From sequence record DRR723986_585: a stretch of 27,830 nt of DNA. The stretch is one strand, 5' to 3'. The stretch's first letter is position 1. Every line of letters begins with the position of its first letter. Position numbers and translations under genes: made by a program. Under the pieces are notes generated by a model. That model saw nothing but the letters and a program-made list of their open reading frames with translations, ran no database searches and was not told the DNA's origin. Shown here piece by piece: positions 1 through 10,082 of this stretch.

Positions 1-1
1 A

Positions 2-511
2 GCCGTGCGAGAGTTCGCCTTAACCAAACCGAGCGAGATTCTTGATAAAACGAGAGAATTAGTTATTGAAACCTTCAAATCTTCTGATACAACCGTCAAA
101 GACGGGATGGATATCACACTTTGCTGTTTCGATCGATCTTCAAGAAAATTAGAATATGCAGGTGCCAATAACTCTTTGTATTTATTGAGAGAAGGGGAAT
201 TAATTGAGTATAAAGCGGACAAACAACCAATTGGAACATATTCAGATCCGAAACAGTTCACCAATCATCATATTGAGGTCATTGAAGACGATCAAATCTT
301 TTTATTCACTGATGGTTTTGCTGACCAATTTGGCGGCGAGAAAGGAAAAAAATACAAATACAAACCTTTCAAGAATTTTCTAATTGCGAATGCCAAAAAT
401 AGCTCAGTAAAACAAAAAGCTGCTCTTGAGAATGAATTCTCAACTTGGTTGGGAGATTACGAACAAATTGATGATGTATGTATCATGGGGGTGAAATTCA
501 ATCACCAATAA
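2..511 (+). CDS. PP2C/SpoIIE (RsbU-like) serine phosphatase domain protein, 5'-truncated by the window edge
   Basis: Frame is open from base 2; PP2C motifs DGMDI, YAGANN, LFTDGFADQFGG, QIDDVCI. The true start lies upstream. Confidence 0.9.
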   Translation, partial: AVREFALTKPSEILDKTRELVIETFKSSDTTVKDGMDITLCCFDRSSRKLEYAGANNSLYLLREGELIEYKADKQPIGTYSDPKQFTNHHIEVIEDDQIFLFTDGFADQFGGEKGKKYKYKPFKNFLIANAKNSSVKQKAALENEFSTWLGDYEQIDDVCIMGVKFNHQ

Positions 512-702
512 TTCATTAACAATTTAATTCTCAAAACTTTTTAATCGATTTAGTGAGATTTAACCTCCTTGCAAACTACCGTAAATATTGCAGTTTAAAA
601 GATTTGAAAATAATCTAACATTAAATCTAAGAATCGTTATTCTAAAAATGGTCGAAGTCCTGATTTAATTCCGTAATTTTCCTTAAACTAAAATATATTT
701 AT

Positions 703-1782
703 ATGAAAAGAAATTTACAAATTTTAGTGGTTGCGGGATTATTATCCGGAACGACTTTTGCCCAAAAAAATGCGGAATATGCTCCAGTGAATCACAGCGA
801 GTTTGCCGCTAACACAGTACATGAAACTACTGACAGAGCATTATGGGATGTTCAATTAAATGTTGACCCAACTACAGTTGCAGCTGCTTTAGCAGGATGC
901 TTCTGGGATGGAACTCAATTTTGGGTAGCACAATGGAATAGTGATTCAATTTACACATTAGACGCAACAGGAGCAGTAACTGACGACTTCGTAATTGCCG
1001 GTGTTTCTGGTGCTAGAAGTTTCACTTCTGACGGTACCAGCTTGTATATCGGAAGTGCAACAACGGCCATTTGGCAAATAGACCCAGTTGCAAAAACCCT
1101 TACTTCAACAATTAATACTTCAGGTTTAAATTGTAGATACCTTACATACGACCCTACTCTAGATGGAGGTAATGGCGGTTTTTGGACAGGTCAATATGGT
1201 GATGACATCACATCTGTAACCATGAGCGGTGCTACTATCAGCACTTTGCCTGCTACTACGCACGGGTTATCTGGTGTATATGGAATGGCTTATGATGATT
1301 ATACATTCGGAGGTCCTTATTTATGGGCTTTTGATCAAAGTACAACATCTATTGCTGACCTTGTTCAATTAGATATGACTGGTACACCAACTGGAAATAT
1401 TTATGATACACAAACTGATTTCGCTGGTGGATTAGCTGGAGGATTGTGGTTTGGAACTTTTGGAGGACAAGCTGCTTCAATTGGTGGAATTAGCCAAGGA
1501 ACCTCTTTGTTCGTATATGAAAGAACACAACCTGCTGGTTTGTCTGAAAATCCAGAAATTGATTTCACTGTATTTCCTAACCCTGTTGAAGAAACAATGA
1601 CTTTAGCGATTAACGCTGAATCAATTAATGAAGTAACTATCTACACATTAGATGGTAAAGTTTTATTAAACAGCACTTCGAAAGTGAAAACTTTTGACGT
1701 AAGTGATTACACTGCTGGTGTTTATATTGTTGAAGTAAAAACTGATAAAGGCATTGCTTCTCAAAAATTCACAAAAAAATAG
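703..1782 (+). CDS. T9SS type A sorting domain-containing secreted protein, probable beta-propeller
   Basis: Signal peptide (..GTTFA-Q); repeated WDG/SDG/YD aromatic blade-like units; CTD with VFPNPV..TIYTLDGK..GVYIVEV..KFTKK. Confidence 0.85.
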   Translation: MKRNLQILVVAGLLSGTTFAQKNAEYAPVNHSEFAANTVHETTDRALWDVQLNVDPTTVAAALAGCFWDGTQFWVAQWNSDSIYTLDATGAVTDDFVIAGVSGARSFTSDGTSLYIGSATTAIWQIDPVAKTLTSTINTSGLNCRYLTYDPTLDGGNGGFWTGQYGDDITSVTMSGATISTLPATTHGLSGVYGMAYDDYTFGGPYLWAFDQSTTSIADLVQLDMTGTPTGNIYDTQTDFAGGLAGGLWFGTFGGQAASIGGISQGTSLFVYERTQPAGLSENPEIDFTVFPNPVEETMTLAINAESINEVTIYTLDGKVLLNSTSKVKTFDVSDYTAGVYIVEVKTDKGIASQKFTKK

Positions 1783-1800
1783 AGTTTATTCAACTTATAG

Positions 1801-1833
1801 AAAAGGCGTTTGATCATTCAAACGCCTTTTTTT
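1801..1833 (+). terminator. Intrinsic terminator, possibly bidirectional
   Basis: Perfect 13-bp stem AAAAGGCGTTTGA-tcat-TCAAACGCCTTTT ending in a T7 run, 18 nt after the stop at 1782. Confidence 0.9.
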
Positions 1834-1891
1834 ATTCCAAAAATTCATTGATTACACCTCGTTCCAAGCATAATGACTATCTTCATAGTCA

Positions 1892-3142
1892 ATGAAATTT
1901 ACAGAATTAAACTTAGACGATTCGCTTTTAGAAGCATTGTCCTATATGGGGTTTGAAAATGCCACCCCAATACAAGAAAAGGCTATTCCTATTATTTTAG
2001 ATAACAAAGATATCTTGGCCTGTGCCCAAACAGGCACCGGTAAAACAGGTGCTTTTGTTTTACCTATATTGAATAAATTAGTTGGTAAAACGGATACATC
2101 CGTAGACACCTTAATCGTTGTTCCTACAAGAGAACTTGCTATTCAAATTGAACAACAAATTCAAGGCCTCTCCTATTTCGTTTCAGTAGGATCAAAAGCA
2201 GTTTATGGTGGCGGAGATGGCAAAGACTTCCAAGCCGAGAAAGATGCGCTAACAAAAGGATGCGATATAATCGTTGCTACTCCTGGAAAGCTGTTATCGC
2301 ATTTGAAATTGGGCTACGTAAAATTTGACAAGGTAAAACACTTCATTCTTGATGAAGCAGATCGAATGTTAGACATGGGCTTTATTGATGATTTGAAAAA
2401 AATCATTTCTTATCTTCCTAAAAAACATCAAACCTTGTTGTTTTCGGCTACTATGCCTCCTAACATAAGGTCGCTCGCCAAAACAATCTGTCATCAACCT
2501 ACAGAAATATCACTTTCAATTTCGAAACCCGCTGCTGGAGTTAAACAACAAGTTTATTTAGCATTTGACAATCAAAAATCAAAGTTACTCGCCCATATAT
2601 TAAAAGGTCGAAAAGACTATGATAGCATCATTATCTTCTCATCAACAAAAGCAAAAGTATCCGACATAGTTAGAGATTTAGGCAGGTCTGGCTTTCCCGC
2701 AAAAGGAATTTCTTCAAATTTAGAACAAGATAAACGTGAAGAAGTTCTCCGTGGCTTTCGATCAAAAAGGATAAGAATTCTAGTGGCTACAGATGTCATG
2801 AGTCGTGGAATTGATATCAAAGAAATCAATATGGTAATCAACTATGATGTTCCTGGTGATGCTGAAGATTATGTGCACCGAGTTGGACGAACGGCCAGGG
2901 CAAATACTAAAGGAGAAGCCATTACATTGGTGAACCCTAAAGACATGCACAAATTTGCCAAAATTGAAAAACTAATAGAGCGCAAATTTGATAAACTTCA
3001 ACCGCCCGAAGAGCTTGGCGAAGGCCCTGAATGGAAAGAAGGAAAAGTAAAAGGGAACAATAACAAGAAACCTTTTAACAAGAAGAAAAACTGGAAGCCA
3101 AAGAATAAAAAACCATTTAATAAAGGACCTAGAAAAGATTAG
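1892..3142 (+). CDS. DEAD-box RNA helicase (RhlE-like)
   Basis: Q motif TPIQ, AQTGTGKT, PTRELA, DEAD, SAT, SRGID, HRVGRTAR; Lys-rich C-terminal tail. Confidence 0.95.
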   Translation: MKFTELNLDDSLLEALSYMGFENATPIQEKAIPIILDNKDILACAQTGTGKTGAFVLPILNKLVGKTDTSVDTLIVVPTRELAIQIEQQIQGLSYFVSVGSKAVYGGGDGKDFQAEKDALTKGCDIIVATPGKLLSHLKLGYVKFDKVKHFILDEADRMLDMGFIDDLKKIISYLPKKHQTLLFSATMPPNIRSLAKTICHQPTEISLSISKPAAGVKQQVYLAFDNQKSKLLAHILKGRKDYDSIIIFSSTKAKVSDIVRDLGRSGFPAKGISSNLEQDKREEVLRGFRSKRIRILVATDVMSRGIDIKEINMVINYDVPGDAEDYVHRVGRTARANTKGEAITLVNPKDMHKFAKIEKLIERKFDKLQPPEELGEGPEWKEGKVKGNNNKKPFNKKKNWKPKNKKPFNKGPRKD

Positions 3143-3244
3143 TGCTCCTTTATACCATTTTTTCAATGTTTAACTTTTATTAAGGTTTCAGACGATAAAA
3201 ATTCCTTAACTTATTCTAATCAAAAATAAATTTCAATTTATTGC

Positions 3245-6200
3245 ATGCAAATCATTCGATTATTTTTCTTGTTGTCAATTTTTTTCTTGTCTGGAACAAA
3301 TGTAACTGGGCAAAAAAAACATCAAGGTTTATTATGGGAAATTACGGGCAATGGTTTGACTAAACCAAGTTACTTGTATGGAACCATGCACGTTTCCAAC
3401 AAATTAGCTTTTAATGTTTCAGATTCATTCTACGTATGTCTTCAAAATGTTGAAGGTGTTGCTTTAGAATCATCTCCAGCTGATTGGATGCAAGAGTATC
3501 GTGATATGGGTGCTTTTTCTAACGGCGATTACGACTTTGGCTCTGATTTCTACAAAAAAGCATTTAAAATATCAGAACCCCAAACTATGGCGATCTATAA
3601 TCTCTTAGAGAATAAGAATAGCCTAATGAATCAAATTTTATATCGTTTTAATCCAGGAAATCAAGACTATCAAGAAAATACTTTTCTGGATATGTTCATT
3701 TATCAGGCCGGTGCCAAAAACGGTAAACCAATTCACGCTTTAGAAGATTTTGAAGAAGTAATGAAATTATCCATCAAATCTATGACACCTGATAAGAATA
3801 AAAAGAGAGATAACAGCAACAACAATTACCTAGATCAAAACAGTGACAGAAAATTTGAATTGCTTGAAGAAGCTTATAGACGCGGGGATCTTGATCAAAT
3901 TGATTCCTTGAGCAAAGCGGATAATCCAACAGAAGTTTATCATCATTACTTCATAGTAGAACGTAACATCAACATGGTAAATCGCATGGATTCAATTATG
4001 AAAGATCATTCGATATTTACAGGAATTGGAGCTGCACATCTACCGGGCGAACAGGGGGCAATAGAATTACTGCGTGAAATGGGATATACTCTGCGACCCG
4101 TATCGACTAAATCTACGGATCAGTCACATTCTATGAGAAAAAACTTTGAGAGCGCCTACCGACCTATTGAATTCACAAAATCAACTACGACAGATCATTT
4201 TTTATCCACCTCTACTCCAGGCGAATTTTATGAAATGCCAACCTATCAGCGTGGAAAGATGGAATACCTAGGGCCTGAACCGATTAATGGTGGATATTTC
4301 AGTGTTATTCGCTTATTCACCTTTGCCCCTATTTTTGATAAAGACCCGTCATATTATCAATCAAAATTTGATAGCTTATTATATATCGCAACACCTGGTG
4401 AGTTGATGACTAAAGAGAATATTAATATCAATGGACATCCGGGATATAATATTGTAACAAAAACCAGTAAAAACCACTTTGTTCAGTACAATGTACTATT
4501 CACTCCTACTGAAATTATTGTATTGAAAGGGAATGGGATTGAGGAATATATCAAAAAATCTGAGCCTCAAACTTTTTTCAAGAATCTGGTACTTAAAGAA
4601 AATCATAGTAATTGGGAATACTGCACACCTAAATATGGTGGTGCGAAATGGGAAATGAAAGGATTGATTACTGGACAAGATATGATAGACGGATTAGAAG
4701 ATGATCTCATTGATCCTATCTACCAATCTTATGACGCGGATAACGGTGATTACTATCAAGTATTACGATTCGGACTAAACGACCTAGATTATATAGAATC
4801 TGATTCTTTTGATTTGGTCTATTTAGGAGAAAAATATGCAGAAAACATAGGATATACAGTTGAAAAATCAAGTTTTAGTACCATCAAGTACAGCCACGTA
4901 ATACAACAACTTTTTTCTAAACAAAATCAAAAGGAGTTGAATACACAAATAATTACGAGAGGTGGACTGTACTATTTGATGGCAACGACAGCCAAAAATG
5001 AAAATAAAGACAAGTTTTTCAATTCATTCGAATTCACAGATTTTAGCATTGATGATGAATACGAAACCTACGTTGATACGACAATGCATTATTCAGTAAA
5101 CACGCTTAAAAAAGATGATAAACCAAATTATCAAGAGCTCGGCTTTAATTTGTTCAACAACTATTATGAAGATGATAAAGAAGACAAGAGTTATTTAAGC
5201 GAATCTAGCTTTAAGATGCATCATTCAATAAAATCCAACGAGAGCATTTATGTGGGATTCACAAAATTTCATGACTATGATGGAGCAGACAATTTAGATG
5301 ATTTTTGGGATTATCGCATTAGTTTATTGACGAAAGAAAACAAAATGCACGTTTCAAGACGAAACAAAACCACTGTTTCTAGAAATCCTTCAATTCAATT
5401 TGTATTAACGGATACCGGCAGTTCAAAAGGAATCATGTCTAAATTGATTTTAAAACATGGCGCAATGTATACACTCCAAACCTTAATCGACACTACTATA
5501 GAGCCTTCTAAGTACGTTACCACTTTTTTTGAAAGCTTTCAACCCGCCGATACACTTATTGGACGTGACATTTTTGAAAACAAGGCTGACTTATTTTTTG
5601 AAAATATTCTAGGACAGGATAGCTTAAATCAGGTCAATGCAATGAAATCAATTAGAAAGGTTGATTTTACTGAGAAGGATATTGACCGAATTATCGCTTG
5701 TTACGAGAATTACAATTATTCTGAAAAAGAAGAAAAATTTGAACGAGAAGATATAATTGTGACTTTAGGTAATGTAGAAAATCAGAAGGCTTATGACTTT
5801 TTAAATAAGGTCTATAATGACAACTATTTCAATTCCGATATTCAATTCAGCGTATTGAAGTGCTTTTCTTATACTGAAACAAAAGAAGCCTACGAAGCTT
5901 TAGAAAACCATTTACTCGATAATACTCCATTTACCGAAAAGAAAAATAAACTAAACTTTTTTGACAACTTATACGATTCTCTTGAATTGGCAAAAGGATA
6001 TTTCCCAAGAATGCTCGAATTATCACAATACCCTGAATACAAGCCGTATGTAGTAGAGATGTTGAGTTACGGATACCTTACTGGTGTATTTGATTACAGA
6101 AGCTTTAAAAAGGAGAAAAGTTCTATTTACCGAAACGCAAATATTGAATTAAAAAGGACGGTAGCTAACCAAGCCGACAATTCAAACAAATTCAACAGTT

Positions 6201-6853
6201 ATTACAACTCAGTAAATCAAGATGCAAAATATCACACCTTATTTTTAGACTATTATGCATTGATGTGTGGCTTCAAAAAGAACAAAGAAAAAGGTTCTGA
6301 AAAGTTTTTTACTGAAATTCATAGAATCAAGGATAAACGTTTTCAATTAGAAGCCGAAATTATCCACCATCAATTAGGCTTACCAGTTAATGCTGATGCA
6401 ATTAGTGAAGTTTGTCATTCACTAGATTTTAAAGTCTGGGCTTTTAACCGATTAGAAAAAAATGACATGCTATCTTATTTCCCTAAAGACATTTCACAAG
6501 AAGACATGGCCTTTGCAAGTCTTTACAATTATGGATATGATGAAGAAAAAGACACTGTGGTATTCATCAAAAAAGTATTAGTAGACAATGGTAACAAACA
6601 AGGATACATCTATTTCTTCAAGCGAAAAACAGAGAAAAATAGAAACTGGATGGTTGATTATATTGGGTTGACACCACTTGATGAAAGTTCATTATACATT
6701 AAGAATCCTACCATCAAGAAAGGTCTTTCCATAAAGAATGATGAAGAAATGGAATTGACAATTGAAAAAACGATTGAAATATTTGAGTTAGCCAATCGAA
6801 AACGAGTGGTGTTGACTTCATTTGAATATGGAGGTTGGGAAGGTTTGTTTTAG
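3245..6853 (+). CDS. TraB/GumN (Tiki-like) family protein with a long C-terminal extension
   Basis: Signal peptide; LLWEI..SYLYGTMH, ALES, ERN..M, IGAAHLPG..LLR..GY motifs in the first ~290 aa. Confidence 0.88.
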   Translation: MQIIRLFFLLSIFFLSGTNVTGQKKHQGLLWEITGNGLTKPSYLYGTMHVSNKLAFNVSDSFYVCLQNVEGVALESSPADWMQEYRDMGAFSNGDYDFGSDFYKKAFKISEPQTMAIYNLLENKNSLMNQILYRFNPGNQDYQENTFLDMFIYQAGAKNGKPIHALEDFEEVMKLSIKSMTPDKNKKRDNSNNNYLDQNSDRKFELLEEAYRRGDLDQIDSLSKADNPTEVYHHYFIVERNINMVNRMDSIMKDHSIFTGIGAAHLPGEQGAIELLREMGYTLRPVSTKSTDQSHSMRKNFESAYRPIEFTKSTTTDHFLSTSTPGEFYEMPTYQRGKMEYLGPEPINGGYFSVIRLFTFAPIFDKDPSYYQSKFDSLLYIATPGELMTKENININGHPGYNIVTKTSKNHFVQYNVLFTPTEIIVLKGNGIEEYIKKSEPQTFFKNLVLKENHSNWEYCTPKYGGAKWEMKGLITGQDMIDGLEDDLIDPIYQSYDADNGDYYQVLRFGLNDLDYIESDSFDLVYLGEKYAENIGYTVEKSSFSTIKYSHVIQQLFSKQNQKELNTQIITRGGLYYLMATTAKNENKDKFFNSFEFTDFSIDDEYETYVDTTMHYSVNTLKKDDKPNYQELGFNLFNNYYEDDKEDKSYLSESSFKMHHSIKSNESIYVGFTKFHDYDGADNLDDFWDYRISLLTKENKMHVSRRNKTTVSRNPSIQFVLTDTGSSKGIMSKLILKHGAMYTLQTLIDTTIEPSKYVTTFFESFQPADTLIGRDIFENKADLFFENILGQDSLNQVNAMKSIRKVDFTEKDIDRIIACYENYNYSEKEEKFEREDIIVTLGNVENQKAYDFLNKVYNDNYFNSDIQFSVLKCFSYTETKEAYEALENHLLDNTPFTEKKNKLNFFDNLYDSLELAKGYFPRMLELSQYPEYKPYVVEMLSYGYLTGVFDYRSFKKEKSSIYRNANIELKRTVANQADNSNKFNSYYNSVNQDAKYHTLFLDYYALMCGFKKNKEKGSEKFFTEIHRIKDKRFQLEAEIIHHQLGLPVNADAISEVCHSLDFKVWAFNRLEKNDMLSYFPKDISQEDMAFASLYNYGYDEEKDTVVFIKKVLVDNGNKQGYIYFFKRKTEKNRNWMVDYIGLTPLDESSLYIKNPTIKKGLSIKNDEEMELTIEKTIEIFELANRKRVVLTSFEYGGWEGLF

Positions 6854-6857
6854 CAAC

Positions 6858-7805
6858 CTATTTTTCTGTCAAACTCTGAATTATTTCTTTCACTGGCCTT
6901 ATTGAAGTTGTATTTTCAATTGTTGGTCCCGCACACCAGACCGTTTTATATGTTGCTGAAAACGCTGATTTTTCAAGACGCTTCATTCCTTTTACAAAAG
7001 TTAGCATCTTAATCCATTTTTTAAGCCTCTTGTTCTTGGTCAATAATCGTTCAAACCAATTCTGTTTCGTCCCTATTTTCTGAACATAAGGAGTGTTGAT
7101 CACTGTACAAGGAGTTCCAGAAACTTTTGTTGACATGACAATATCCTTGGCACCATAATCCACACAAGCTTGCTTATATTCTTGCGAAACATCTGATTCT
7201 TCTGAAGCGATAAACACCGAGCCAATAGACGCTCCCACAGCACCTAGTTTCATAACTTTCTCCATATCCTCAGCTTTTCCAACTCCTCCAGCTGAAATTA
7301 CTGGAATATCACATTTCTCTGCTAATAGCGGAATCAATTCTTCTGGAGGCAATGGTCCAGCATGACCACCAGCTTTGCTATTTACGGCAATAACTGCATC
7401 AGCCCCTAATTCTTGGACTTTTAAGGCGAATTTCAGATCTACAACATCACAAAAAACCTTGATCCCTGCTGGTTTACATTGACGAATAACTTCTTCGGGT
7501 GAACCTAGGGATGTAATAATGAAATCAACTTTCTTTTCTACACAAGTCTTTAATTGTCCAGCCGCTTTAGGGTTAGATTTATTAACTATGATATTTACTC
7601 CTAGTCCCTTTCCATTGGTATTCGCTCGAACTTCGTCAATTGCGGCTCTAAACTCTTCATCCGTTCTATAGTTAAGCGCAGGCACAGCAGCGGCAATCCC
7701 ATTATTAATACCAGCTATTAGCATTTTAGCGTTGGACACTAAAAACATGGGAGCCATGATAATTGGATGTTCAATTTCTAGGATTTCGGTAAGGGATTTG
7801 CTCAT
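6858..7805 (-). CDS. Nitronate monooxygenase / FabK-like FMN oxidoreductase
   Basis: PIIMAPMFLVS, AGGHAG, PVISAGGV, GSVFIASEES motifs. Confidence 0.9.
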   Translation of the reverse strand: MSKSLTEILEIEHPIIMAPMFLVSNAKMLIAGINNGIAAAVPALNYRTDEEFRAAIDEVRANTNGKGLGVNIIVNKSNPKAAGQLKTCVEKKVDFIITSLGSPEEVIRQCKPAGIKVFCDVVDLKFALKVQELGADAVIAVNSKAGGHAGPLPPEELIPLLAEKCDIPVISAGGVGKAEDMEKVMKLGAVGASIGSVFIASEESDVSQEYKQACVDYGAKDIVMSTKVSGTPCTVINTPYVQKIGTKQNWFERLLTKNKRLKKWIKMLTFVKGMKRLEKSAFSATYKTVWCAGPTIENTTSIRPVKEIIQSLTEK

Positions 7806-7806
7806 A

Positions 7807-8841
7807 CTAATTATCTTGATCTTGTAAACGTTGGATCTGTTCCCAACGATTGATTCTGTTCTTTAATAGGCGTGCGTAATCTTTCGCCTCTTTGTTGTTG
7901 TAGTCTGAATAGGCTTTTTGCGCCCATTCTAAAGCTCCGTATAAATCACCATTAATCTCAGCATAAATAGCCATATTGTGACAGGCTCTTCCCGCAACTT
8001 TTCTTTTATGGCTTTCGGTTTCCTTAAGCCACATCTCTCCTGCTCCATCCCAGTCATTGACTTCTGCTCTACGATTGGCTATTTTTAAGTTCCTGCTTCC
8101 TTTGTTGTAATAATTTCTCCATACTCTAAAATTTTTCGATAACAATCTTCCTGCATAGAATTGACCCACCTGAGTGCTAATTTGCTTTACAGCCTGTTCT
8201 CTGTTCATTAATACTGATGCCGCTTTCACTGGGTTTATTCCTCTACCTGTTGAAGTCAACACATCTCTTAAAAAAATCTCGTCACGTATTAATTTGTTTT
8301 TAGGGTCATAAATTCGCCAACCAGTTTTAATGCTGGTATTCATGGTAGCTACATGTTCTATTAATGGCACATCCCCTAACGGAGTAGATTTCGTAACGGT
8401 TCTATTTGAATAGGAAATTTTTGAATCGGTATCGTACAATTCTAACACAAATAACAACTGAACTCCAGCTTCATCACAGATTTGTTCAACCTCTGACCAA
8501 GGTAATTGTGCTGGAAAAACGTCTATTCCTCCGTTTTGAACTGTCATACTGTCTAAAAGCGAAACATATTTGAATTTCGGATTCATGGTCAATTCGTCAT
8601 ACAAGCCTTGAACGGCTGCTTTTGACCCTGTATGATCCATATTACCTTCTAAACTTAGGGCATTATCAATCATATCTAATGGTTTTGACGCTCCTGACGA
8701 ATAGGTTCTGTTAATTACACCAGCAGTTTCGTACTCGTTTTCTAAGTAAACAATTGGTGGGTCAGATATCGTTAGATAAACTCGTTGAGTACAAGAAGAA
8801 ATGACTAGGGCAATAAACGAAAGAATCAATAATTTTTTCAT
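7807..8841 (-). CDS. Lipoprotein with C-terminal TPR-like helices (DUF6340-like)
   Basis: Lipobox VISS-C; C-terminal ACHNMAIYAEINGDLYGALEWAQKAY helical repeat. Confidence 0.7.
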   Translation of the reverse strand: MKKLLILSFIALVISSCTQRVYLTISDPPIVYLENEYETAGVINRTYSSGASKPLDMIDNALSLEGNMDHTGSKAAVQGLYDELTMNPKFKYVSLLDSMTVQNGGIDVFPAQLPWSEVEQICDEAGVQLLFVLELYDTDSKISYSNRTVTKSTPLGDVPLIEHVATMNTSIKTGWRIYDPKNKLIRDEIFLRDVLTSTGRGINPVKAASVLMNREQAVKQISTQVGQFYAGRLLSKNFRVWRNYYNKGSRNLKIANRRAEVNDWDGAGEMWLKETESHKRKVAGRACHNMAIYAEINGDLYGALEWAQKAYSDYNNKEAKDYARLLKNRINRWEQIQRLQDQDN

Positions 8842-8869
8842 GGTGTAAGTGGTTGGTTCATAGACCTTC

Positions 8870-9658
8870 TTACAAATCTGATGCCGAAGCGATCATTTCA
8901 GCAATATCTAACACCTGAACTTCGTTTTCTTTATTGAAATTTTTAACTCCATCTGTCATCATTGTGTTACAAAATGGACATCCTGTAGCAATGATATTAG
9001 GTGATGTTGCCAATGCATCTTCAGTTCTTTCAACATTAACTTCTTTGTCACCTGATTCAGCTTCTTTGAACATTTGCGCTCCTCCAGCTCCACAGCATAA
9101 TCCTTTTGCCTTGCAACGCTTCATCTCTACTAATTCCGCATCTAGCTTTTGTAATACCGCGCGTGGTGCTTCATATACATCATTTGCACGTCCTAAATAA
9201 CATGGATCGTGGAATGTGATTTTTTTACCTTTAAATTCTCCTCCTTCAACGTTCAGTTTTCCTGAGTTAAACAGATCCTCTAAAAGTTGAGTGTGATGAA
9301 TCACATCATAATCCCCTCCTAATCCTGGATATTCATTCTTCAACGTATTGAAGCAATGCGGACACGCTGTAACGATTTTCTTCACTTCATACCCATCCAA
9401 CACTTGGATATTCATCATGGCTTGCATTTGAAACAAGAATTCATTCCCCGCTCTTTTAGCCGGATCTCCTGTGCAAGACTCTTCAGTTCCCAATACCGCG
9501 AATTTAACCTCACATTTATTGAGGATTTTTACAATCGCTTTAGTAATTTTTTTTGCTCTATCATCAAAACTTCCTGAGCATCCTACCCAAAATAAAATAT
9601 CTGGCTTTTCACCTGCAGCCATCATTTCGGCCATTGTTGGAACTTTTAACTCACTCAT
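8870..9658 (-). CDS. CCG-domain Fe-S protein; C-terminal half of a FadF/EtfD/HdrD-like oxidoreductase
   Basis: FWVGC..ESCTGD..TACPHC and HDPCYL..LCCGAGG..TGCPFC, i.e. two cysteine-rich CCG domains. Confidence 0.9.
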   Translation of the reverse strand: MSELKVPTMAEMMAAGEKPDILFWVGCSGSFDDRAKKITKAIVKILNKCEVKFAVLGTEESCTGDPAKRAGNEFLFQMQAMMNIQVLDGYEVKKIVTACPHCFNTLKNEYPGLGGDYDVIHHTQLLEDLFNSGKLNVEGGEFKGKKITFHDPCYLGRANDVYEAPRAVLQKLDAELVEMKRCKAKGLCCGAGGAQMFKEAESGDKEVNVERTEDALATSPNIIATGCPFCNTMMTDGVKNFNKENEVQVLDIAEMIASASDL

Positions 9659-9662
9659 CTTA

Positions 9663-10082
9663 CTATTTTTTAAATACTTCTATTGTCTCTTCTGATGGCA
9701 CCATATCCGTGAACTTACCTTCAAATCGTGTAGCTCTTACAATATGATTGTCAATCCAATGATAATTTCCGCCTCGGGGTTTACCCATGACCATACCGTG
9801 ATAATTAAATCCATGATCATTCAGCCATTTTTCGGTAACTTCTCTGTGCTCTTCAACTCTTGAAGTGAAAAAAGTAATCACATGACCTTCATCAAACCAT
9901 TTATTAATGGTTTCAAGTGCATCCGGATACAACTGTGCAGTTGCCATTCTTTCAGGTTCTTCATTTGGGATATCATCACAAATGGTACCGTCAATATCAA
10001 TCATATAATTCTTGATATGTGAAGGTAATACAGGAGATATGGCCTCTCCGTTTTCTGAGGCATCAATTAAATTATGCTTCAT
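9663..10082 (-). CDS. Small capless HAD-superfamily phosphatase (LNS2/BcbF-like)
   Basis: Motif I DIDGT, motif II FFTSR, GKP lysine, WIDN; start overlaps the upstream gene by 11 nt. Confidence 0.85.
   Translation of the reverse strand: MKHNLIDASENGEAISPVLPSHIKNYMIDIDGTICDDIPNEEPERMATAQLYPDALETINKWFDEGHVITFFTSRVEEHREVTEKWLNDHGFNYHGMVMGKPRGGNYHWIDNHIVRATRFEGKFTDMVPSEETIEVFKK

Noticed and set aside
3225..3242. Palindrome AATAAATT-tc-AATTTATT just before the TraB start
   Set aside because: Arms are A/T only in a very AT-rich intergenic region; chance is likely.
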